Positions 53,295 to 64,000 of a DNA stretch of 64,000 bases are shown here, piece after piece (within the stretch, counting starts at the first letter, position 1; each line of letters starts with the position of its first letter). The position numbers were made by a program, and so were the translations under genes. Below the pieces are notes generated by a model. That model saw only the letters and a program-made list of their open reading frames with translations. It was not told where the DNA came from and ran no database searches. Source of the DNA: the human T2T-CHM13v2.0 reference genome, Homo sapiens; assembly GCF_009914755.1 (NCBI RefSeq), contig NC_060926.1. One strand, given 5' to 3'.

Positions 53295-54224
53295 AAAATA
53301 TATCATTAATATTGATTTCAACTTTTTAAAATGTGGCTACTAAAAAAATGTAAAAATGTAAAATTACATATGGGGCTAGCATTTGTGGTTTTCATTATAT
53401 TTCTACTGGACCACGCTGGTCTAGACTAAGGTATTTAGACCAAGCAGGTTGTCAGTTTTCTCACTCTCTGAGTAGTCTGTCAGTGAGTGATGGTAAAGAA
53501 CATCACTCACACTCTAAAAAACATAGGTGCCAGAGCAAGCCAGCCTCGTGGTAGCATAAGAGTCATTTCCGTGGTCATTTTCCCACTCATCAGAGCCCAG
53601 GGATTACCATCTGAGTCTAAAGGTAGAAAATATACAGTGCGACTATTACCACAGCCTTGGGATCATGAACCATCCTAAGCCCCAAGCAAGAAAAGTGCCA
53701 GGAAGTATTTATCATATTTGGATGTGGGAATTAAAGAAAAGATTCTTTAAGCAGGAGTTGTTATGGGTTTGCTTATATTTTTTTCTATCATCACAGGGTT
53801 CATTCATATTAGTGGTTTCTTTAACCTGGTATTTCTAAGTATGCTGATAAGTATGACTTAACTGATTGTCTGTTGGCTTTAGGTACTATTTGCTGTGGAT
53901 GCTTAAGCCTAATTTCTTATTCCCCCCACCCCCCACCAAATGGGCTTAATATTAATATATAACCAAAGGAGTCTTTGAAATAACAAATCTTGACCATCAC
54001 TCCTCTTCTTCAACCTGAGTAAACTGAGATGTGGCATAGCAACCAGTCATAGGCCACATACACTCCTGGGCAGCTAAGGGGGTGACGGTGAAGGATGGGG
54101 GGCAGGATGATATGCAAGTAAATAGACCTAGTATTAACAAAAATATCTTTGCTGTAATTGACTTAAGTCCTAGCTTAAATTATGTTTATCCAAAATCTTT
54201 GCTTGCACAAAGGTGAAGTCTTTG

Positions 54225-54435
54225 TTATAAATTTCTATATAACAAGTTATCCTATAATTTAGCAGCCTAAAACAATACATGTATATGAGCTAACAGGGCC
54301 TCTGGGCCAGGGTGTTGCTCAGCAGCATCTTTCATCTTCAAGTCTCTCACAAAGCTGCAATCAAAGATGGTGAGGGCCACAGTCATCTGAAGGCTCAGCT
54401 GGGGTAGTACATGCTTGCAAACTCACTCACATGGT
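54225..54435 (-). mobile_element. MLT1 (F/G/H-like) LTR fragment
   Basis: TTTAGCAGCCTAAAACAA..GTCTCTCACAAAGCTGCAATCAA..CAGTCATCTGAAGGCT..CTCACTCACATGG. Confidence 0.75.
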
Positions 54436-56094
54436 AAATACTTTCATGAATATATGTATATGCATGTATGTTATTTATGCATACTGAGTTATTTATGTTG
54501 CTGAGACAATTTTTTTAAAAATTGCTATGGCCTTTTCTATTAACTGCACAAATGATTCACCCTGAATTTATATCTGCTCACCACTCCCCTACCTTCCTTC
54601 TCTGCTCCACATACACGTAGTCACAGGACATACTTATTTGAAGAAAAAAAAAGCGTGAGTCGGCAGCTTACATAGAACCAACTTCCCTGTATCACATGTG
54701 AGTTCCACCAAAAAATGGCTTGTAATGGAATTCTTTGTGGGTTTCACTTGCAATTGCACTGACAAATTAAAGAAGACCAAAGAAGGGAGCGCCCCTTGCA
54801 AAGTAGAATGCCAATGACTTCTCCAAACCAGGTCATCAATCTCTGGACAAACAGGCACCCACCCTTTTGCTAACCAATTCATTCCTCCCAAGAGATTGCC
54901 TGAAAAGCAACTGGACTGAACGTGAAGTTGGAGCTTTTGAAAAAACAAGGAAAGACAAAGTTTGTTTAGGACAGGACATGTTTTATTTCTTCCATGCTTT
55001 TGTTTGCTGAGGCTCATCAAATCCCACACCTCCATCAGTCAAAGGAGCCTGGTGGAGGAGGGATAGTGGGGAATTGTCAGTGATAGTAGCACCATTCAGG
55101 GCAGACATTCTATGCCTCATGCGGCAGGTGCAGCAGCAGGAGGCTGCTCAGAGGTCTCCAGCCCCACAATGAGCCATGTGGAGAAGCTGCTCTTGTATTC
55201 CACTGCCCTGCTCTGACCCTCTTGCCCAATCATGAGGACACTCCAGTTGACATTTTCACTCCCCTGCCAAGGGCTGTAACACCATCATCGATCACATTTT
55301 AGTTTTACTGCAAAACTGTTTTATATTTTGATTATTTCTAAAACCTATCCATTATTTCCCTTCCTAATCAGATAGTGGATTTGACCATCATGTATAACCT
55401 TTTACTGATGACTCAGTTACCAAATACTGATGACCTCAGGATCACCGATTGTGTACCGTTTTGTTCATGATCAAAATGTCCTCAAATCTTTGTGTCTTTA
55501 AGTTCATGTATATATTTTCTATATATTTTATCTCCCTTTTCTCAAAACTAGGCTTTTGCCAGTTATTTCTAAGTGTAATCAGCCTGACTAGGACCCTCCC
55601 CAGTATGCAAAACAACACACAAGTACACCGCAATTCTCCTCTGATGTGTTGCTTCTTATCCCTTGTGGGCTTGGTAACAGAAGAAAAGGAAGAAAGAAGG
55701 AAAAAGATATCTATGTAAAATGAGTCTTAAATGCTCTGTTGAAAGGATTCAGGGTCTCCTCTATGAGTTGAGTGTATCTTTATCTTTATTACTGAATTTA
55801 TGTAGATGTTTACAGTTTTGTAGCTGTGCTCCAAATAGCTACAAAAAATGGTAAAATTTGATGTGATTAAAATTCAATTTACCCCTTAACTTTTATCCAT
55901 ATCTAACAAAGGTGCTGTGTGTTTTGTTTCACCAGCATATCACCCAATTCATCATCGAGGGGAGGATGATACTGAAGATATTATTGACTCATCACTCTTC
56001 TCTACACTTCATCTCTGATCAGTCACCAAGTCTTTATGACTCCACTCAAAATATTTCTCAAATTCATCTCCTCTTATGCTTCTATTTGCTACTG

Positions 56095-57208
56095 TTATTT
56101 GAATTCATTTGCAAGGGCTCCTGGCATGCTTAATTTTGTGTGTCAACTTGACTGGGCCATGGGGTGTCCAGGTCTTTGGTAAAATGTTATTCTGTGTATT
56201 CCTGTGAGGATATTTTTGGATGAAATTAACATTTGACTGTTAATTAAAATTAAATTAAAAATTAACATTTGACTGTAAATTAACATGTAGTCTGAGTCAT
56301 ACAGATTGCCCTCCCCAATGTAGGTGGGCCGCATCTGACAGAAAGGCTGACTCTGCCTGACTGCTGATCTAAGATATAATTTTTTTTCCTGCCTTTGGAC
56401 TTGAACTGAAATACTGACTTTTCTTGGGTATCAAGCCGTCTAGCCTTTGGACTGGAACTACGCCATCAGCTCTCCTGGGCCATCGCCTTGCTGATTCCAG
56501 ATCTTGTGATGTCTTATCCTCCACAACTGCATGAGCCAATTCCTATAACAAATCTCTCTATATATATATTTGTTTTTATAAATATATACATTTGGTTATA
56601 CATATTATTATAAATATTGATATATTTATTTTTAATATAATAGTGTGTGTATACATATATTTATATATATATTTTATTATATATTATATTTTATATTATA
56701 TATAATATATATTTAAATATATATAATATATATTATATATATTATATATTTAAATATATTATTTTATATATATATAAAAATAACCTATTGGTTCTGTTTC
56801 TTTGGTAAACACTGCCAAAACAGCTACCACAACACACAGGCCAGGTAGTTTAAACAACATAAATGCATTTTCTCGCAGTTCTGGAGGCTGGAATTCCAGG
56901 GCCAAGGTTTCAACAGGGCTGGTTTCTCCTTAAGCCTCTACCCTTAAGCTTGCAGATACCACCTTCCCACTGTGTCCTTATGTGGCCTTTTCTCTGTGCA
57001 GGTACATCCCTGGGGTGCCTCTTGTGTGCTAACTTCCTCGTCTTATAAAGACATGAGTTGGATTGAATTAGGGTCCACCCTAACAGGCTTATTTCAACTT
57101 TATTACCTTTTAAAAGCCCTATCTCCAAATACAGTCCTATTCTGCATTACTGGAGGTCAAAGCTTCAACATATAAATTGAGTGGGGGGGCTCAATTAAGT
57201 TTATAACA
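56095..57208 (-). mobile_element. MLT1A-like solo LTR (split by MLT2)
   Basis: TTTGCAAGGGCT, then MLT2, then TTTAAACAACA..CAGTTCTGGAGGCTGG..TCTTATAAAGACA..TCTCCAAATACAGTC..TTCAACATATAAATT..ATAACA. Confidence 0.85.
56122..56822 (+). mobile_element. MLT2 (B/D-like) ERVL solo LTR with an expanded TA-rich tract (~56558-56780)
   Basis: TTAATTTTGTGTGTCAACTTGACTGGGCCA ... CCTATTGGTTCTGTTTCT; 5-bp TSD GCTCC/GCTAC. Confidence 0.92.
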
Positions 57209-57974
57209 CTATGACTATTTTTCTAGTGGATGGCTATTGTCTTCTACTTTTTGTCTTCCTCCATTATTGCCATCTTTCATAATGTATCTATGGTTGTTAA
57301 GTAATCCTTCTAAAATCCAAATCTGATGGGGCATTATCTCTTAATTTGATCTCATAGACTCTTAACGCTTCATTGCTTATAGGACATAGTTGAAAGTCTT
57401 TAGCCAGACATAACCAGGATCTTCTAGCTCCTGCCTCTAACTACCCTTTTCTAGCTTTATCTGTCATCATTCTTCCTCACTTGCCCAAAACTCTATTTGT
57501 AGCCATCCCGGACAACTCTTTGCAGAGAGTATTAATCTTTTTCTTCAACTCAGAGACTTTTTCAACGATATCCTTTGAAATTTGCAGCCTCCCTGAATAC
57601 ATATCTTCTAGTCATTGCTGCATAATTATCAGTGGGTCTGAATTTTCCTTTACAGGCAGAACGTAATTCTAGTATTCATTTTTGTCCAAGTAAAAAATTG
57701 TATTAATTAGTTAACTCATCAAAAATTTGTTGGGTACCTACTTTAGGTCCAGCCTTTTTCTAAACACTAAACTGCTCAGTCTATCTTGGGAAGTGGGAAA
57801 TATACATGATATAGAGGAATAACAATATAATTCTTACTCTCTTGGCCTTCTCCCAAAGATAGCCTACAGTGATAACTCATCCACATCCATTGCTAAGGAT
57901 TTGGTAGAATCAATAGTTTACAGCAAATTGAAACTGACTGTCTAACAGAGTAGCAACTTTTCTCCCAACATAAC

Positions 57975-58465
57975 GCATACGACAAATAATTTAAAACATA
58001 TTTAATTTAATTATGTTTTTAATGTTTTAATTATGTTTTAAATATGTTTTAATGTTTTAATTATGTTATTTAAAAAACGTTTTTTAAATAACATATTTAA
58101 AAAATATTTAAATATGTTATTTAAACATTTAAATAAATTTTAATGTTATTTACATGTTATTTAAATAACATATTTGTTATTTAAATAACATATTTATTAT
58201 GTTATTTAAATAACATATTATGTGTTATTTAAATAACATATTGTGTTATTTAAATAACATATTGTGTTATTTAAAAACATATTATGTTATTTAAATAACA
58301 TATTATGTTATTTAAATAACATATTATGTGTTATTTAAATAACATGTGTTAAATAACATATTTATTATGTGTTATTTAAATATGTTATTTAAAACATATT
58401 TAAAAATTATGTTTTAATATGTTTTAATTATGTTTTAAATATGTTTTAAATTATTTGTCGTATGC
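57975..58465. repeat. Palindromic AT-rich repeat: 31-bp perfect inverted arms enclosing an array of self-complementary units
   Basis: 57975-58005 is the exact reverse complement of 58435-58465; eight perfect TGTTATTTAAATAACA palindromes lie inside. Confidence 0.95.
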
Positions 58466-60989
58466 ATCCTGACGTCCAAGATTTGCCACCTAGAATTTAG
58501 CCATATATGGGAATAACATGAGTATGACAGTCTAAGGACCCAGACCATCTATCTGTGCTGTGATTTCAAAAGCTTAGTGTAAATGGACTTATAGGACCAA
58601 AAAGTCACTATTGCCATAGTCTAAAATAAAATAATATGTATCCCAAGGAAGCCTAAGGAACTAAGACACTATGTGCATATGATTACATGGGGAGGTATGA
58701 TGTGCTTAGGGGCTACCCATTAGCTGAAATTTACACATTGAAACTTCCAGTACAACTTCAATCCCTTAAATTAAATTAGGCAATTAAGTGCCATCAGTCA
58801 ATTCCTCCTACCCTGTCAAAACAGTAAGCCACAATATCAGTATTGTTAATTATCTGAATAAGCTGCTTACATAGAGAAATAATATTATAACAAAAGGATC
58901 AACAATGCCTTCCTTGGATTTCCAATTCTAATTTTTTTTAAGATGTTAAGGTCAGGTGAGTAATATTTCACCAAGAGGAAACTGTTTTTTCCAAGTATTA
59001 ACTAACTGACCAAGAGAGCAAGCACAGGGAAGGGGTCTTATGGGGAGAAAATCTGCAAGGAGATTTGAAGATGTGCTATTGGTTGTCTAAACATGGCCCT
59101 TATAAAGTTCAAGGGAGAACTGACGAAGTCATGAAAGAAAAAAAACTTGCTAATAACTCCCAAGCTGTCGGCACAGAGACCGTAACTACCATATACAGAG
59201 AACGTGTGCAGACATGATTTATTAATATCTGGATGAATGAATGACCAGACCACAAAGCTCTGGGTGTTCTACTATGTGAGGCAATTGTTGCCATAGCATT
59301 CTCGGGGTTATAACTCATGTAATGTTGCCCTGTTCTGGTGATGTTAACGGGGGCTGAAACAGGAATAACATCTCCAGAAAGTCCCCCATGGTCAGAATGA
59401 CAGCAGTGTCTGTGAATTTTTCTAGTCCACAGCTCAGCTATGGGGCCATTGTATTGAATCTTCTGTTTTGAATGCCTCCAACCTTGAATTTGAAATGATG
59501 GATCTCCTTGGATTTTAAGTCCCCGACACTATTCCATTAATAAATATTCATTTTCCTTTTCTCTCTCCAGTAGCATTTTCTCATCAATCATGACTGAAGT
59601 CACAGCTGTGAAAGCCCTTTATCCATTACTGTTCATCTCTACATGATGCTGTGCATCCTTACAAAATTATAAAATTATTGAAGATTGGGTGTGAACCTTT
59701 TGTTTGGTGTAGTTTTTAATCGTCATTGAGTCTGTGTTTATTCCCAGAATGAAATCGCTTTGTATTTTTTTCTTCATCTTCTTCAAGTACATGTATAAAT
59801 CACCCCCACTGGCTTCTACTTTCTTGTAAAAATAAAAACGATCCCCAAATGTTCAAGAATTACTCAGGGACTATTCAGTGTTCAATATGTCAAAGCAGCC
59901 AAGACAGACAGTCAGGAAGAAGATTAGAATCAATGAAGAAAAATCCATCCCGGGCACAAGTTGTCCTGCTGCCAGCACTGTCGGGGAAAGGTCTGCTCAC
60001 TCGGCACTCTCATTACTGGGAGAAAAAGTCTTCAAGCATGAGAACAGGGATGAGCCTGCAATCGCTGCTGCCTGAGTTCTTAGGACAAATCCACAGTTTA
60101 TTTTGTGAAAATAGATACTCCTATGGAGTGGCTGTCTGCTGAGCAGTTTTAAGATCCCCTTTATCTCTCACTTACCTCTAGACAGGGAGCAGGGTCAACT
60201 GGGCCAGAGCAGGGGGTTTAGCAACAACCTAAAAAGATGGGGTGCTGAGATCGCTAGTTATGCCCTGCTGATCCACCGACATCAGAGATCCTCTGCCGAG
60301 GGCAGGCTTTCAGCACAGTTCTCTCTCTCATCCCACCCTTCCCTCTAGCACTGGATATCCTCCAGTCTCCTTCTGCCCTATTCAAACCCACTCCACAAAC
60401 AGGGAACTTTAAAAAGTTAACACCTGCCTGGGTTTCAAATCTAAAACCCGGCCCAGCTGTTGACAGTGTTGATAATCATTGACTATGGCTGCAAAAATGG
60501 GATCGATAAGCACATCACAAACCAATATTCCATGAGCACCTTCTATGGGCAATGGCCCTGTGCCAGGATGCACATTTGCAAAAGCAGCCTTTGGTTATGA
60601 TGGCGTGACAGCAGAGGGGGAAGGCAGGAAAGAAGGGAGCCAAAGAAGTTGGGGCAGGCTTACTCTGAAGAAAGTGAACATGGAGCAAAAAGGCTTTATC
60701 TTCCCTTTCCATGGAAAATCCAAGAATATACAGGAAAAGATATCTTTTCCCAATGGATTGCTAAGCTCACACAATGGCAAAAGGAATCTTGGCCTTGGCA
60801 CTACCAGCTTGTCTTTAAAAGTCCTTGTAAACTTTTGACACTGATACTTTCTGGTCTGGAAAGGAAATCAATTCAGTTCTCTTGGATGAAAGTCAGGAAC
60901 AGGATGAAAGTCAGGAACTGTTTGAACCTCCACCCCCAATCAAAACCCTAAACTCTTTAGGGCTGAATGGAAAGAGGTCTGCATCGAGC

Positions 60990-61110
60990 AACCTCTCTCA
61001 TTCACAGAATGGCAACTTGAGGCCCAGGGAAAATGACATTGGCCCAGAGTGATGCATCCCAGTGGTCATGTGTCCAGGGTTAGAAACCAGGTGTCTGGGT
61101 TTCCACTCCT
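60990..61110 (-). mobile_element. MIR fragment
   Basis: CATTCACAGAATGGCAACTTGAGGCCCAG..TGACATTGGCCCAGAGT..TAGAAACCAGGT.TCT. Confidence 0.6.
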
Positions 61111-61875
61111 AGCCTCTTCTCTCTCCCCACACATCTAAAGTGGGGGTGATACAGGCAGCATGTAGTTTCTTGCTGTGGAAAGCTAAATGTTGACCACAGC
61201 TTCCATCAGCCTGAACAACAGATCCGAGGATGGCTGCAGGACTGGACCAGGAGACCCAGGTTCTCACTTAAGTACAGGACTTTTAACAGAGACCTCCACA
61301 AATATGCCTTAGGAGGTGCCACCAATACCTGTTGTGGCTTTGAGTGTGTGACTCACAACTTCACTCTGGCTTCTTCATTTGTAAAGTAAAACACAGACAC
61401 AACTGCTCTTAGAAGAATCCTGGAAGATCAAATTAATGATTAATTATGGGCACAGAGAATTCCATGAAGATGACTGTTATATTTGACATTATCATTTCCA
61501 ACAAACCTGTTGTTATAATTATGTGTCCAACAAGTAAGACTAAATATTGAAAGATATCTTTTTAACTTAAAAGATAGTAAATGGAATCTGAATTAAACAA
61601 TTTAATAGAGTAAAAGCTTATAAAGCATCCCCCAATCATGCTTGATATGCCCAAATCTTCAATAGCAGATGCCTGGTGTTACAGATTCCTGATGGGCTTC
61701 CAATTCTCCACATAATGGTCAATGAGTACAGGCTGCTGGCACCCTCCCCAGCCTACTGTGAAGAAACTAGAAGAGAAAAAGAAAGGTTGTTGATTTAAGA
61801 CAGGTACGCAAAAACTAAACAAAATGTGTGTGAAGTTTCTGGGAAAATAGAGGTTTGGGGGTTGAGGTTAGACTG

Positions 61876-61894
61876 TGGCCTCCAGGGGGCGCAG
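61876..61894 (+). promoter_or_regulatory. CTCF binding motif
   Basis: TGGCCTCCAGGGGGCGCAG versus consensus TGGCCACCAGGGGGCGCTA; core intact and CpG retained. Confidence 0.65.
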
Positions 61895-62489
61895 GTAAGG
61901 GCTCTATTAAAAGACAGCTGGTCTGGCACTCTGAGTCCCTATACGGCCCCCGGAATATCACTTTCTGGCTTGCTTCAACACAGGGTAGGAATGCGGTTAT
62001 TTACATCACCCCAACCTTTCTTCACACAAGAGTACCACAGAGGGGGATGCCCTGGAATAGGGAGAAATTAGGAAATTCTCTTGGAAAGAGCACAAGGAAC
62101 AATCCAGCATAAATGTCGACACCAGAAGCTCTGTGTCCTCCCCAAATCACCAAGCACAACAACCTAGGACCTAAGGTTTGCTCCTCCATCAAGATGGCCA
62201 GCAAGGCAGCTGACAGTGCCTAGGGTATAAAAGATGAGTTCAAAGAGAAAAGTGAAGTAGCTAAAGAGAATATGCACTGTTTTCTTTTTTTTTTAAGACA
62301 ACAAATAGAACAATCAATAGCAGAAGATAGAATATAAAGCAAAAGGAAGACAGTTAAGTCTTTAATTTTTTTATAATTTGTGTATATATGAGCTAATTCT
62401 TCCCAAATATTCACTAAATGCCCTATTCATTCTTTCACTAATTTGTGATACTGTCTCTGTCCTATACCAAGTTCAGATATATAGTTGGA

Positions 62490-63775
<1,286 letters not shown>

Positions 63776-63819
63776 AATAGGCACCTGGTATAGTGATGAT
63801 ATTACACTATTTATGCATG

Positions 63820-63965
63820 CGTGCATTCACTCATTCATCTAGTAAGCATGTGTTGAATGCCTGCTTGTGCCTTGTTAGTATGCTAGGATCACAAAGGTGA
63901 GTGGACAGATGAGGTTCCTGCCCTCATGGAACTTCATCCTGGGGGACTGAGGAATAGAACTGAGG
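63820..63965 (-). mobile_element. L2 3' end
   Basis: CATTCACTCATTCA..TTGAATGCCT..TGTGCC..GCTAGG..TCCTGCCCTCATGGAACTT. Confidence 0.8.
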
Positions 63966-64000
63966 ATTGTGAGTGAATCAGTTGGGCTCCTACGAATGCT

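Noticed and set aside
59551-59573. Strong + strand acceptor TTTTCCTTTTCTCTCTCCAG (a similar one is at about 7720-7738)
   Set aside because: No convincing donor or reading frame downstream; isolated acceptors are common.

Overview
This is primate, most likely human, genomic DNA: AT-rich, CpG-depleted and intronic or intergenic. It is dense in interspersed repeats: Alu, L1, L2, CR1/L3, MIR, MaLR/ERVL solo LTRs and MER DNA transposons. I recognise no protein-coding gene; the supplied ORFs are repeat-derived or of chance length. The one RNA-gene-derived feature is a 3'-truncated 7SK pseudogene at about 19175-19403. The most unusual structures are: (1) a ~490-bp palindromic AT-rich element with perfect 31-bp inverted outer arms (57975-58465); (2) the 7SK copy fused in inverted orientation to a truncated L1MA, inside a duplicated target; (3) a tiny L1PA insertion with two poly(A) tails and a short 3' transduction (39920-40124). 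There is also a 27-bp minisatellite with dimeric structure, a near-consensus CTCF site, and several unverified candidate exons and enhancers. Repeat family calls come from recalled consensus sequences, not a RepeatMasker run, so subfamilies and the boundaries of old elements are approximate. I could not identify the locus, and I found no evidence of a novel multi-gene system.
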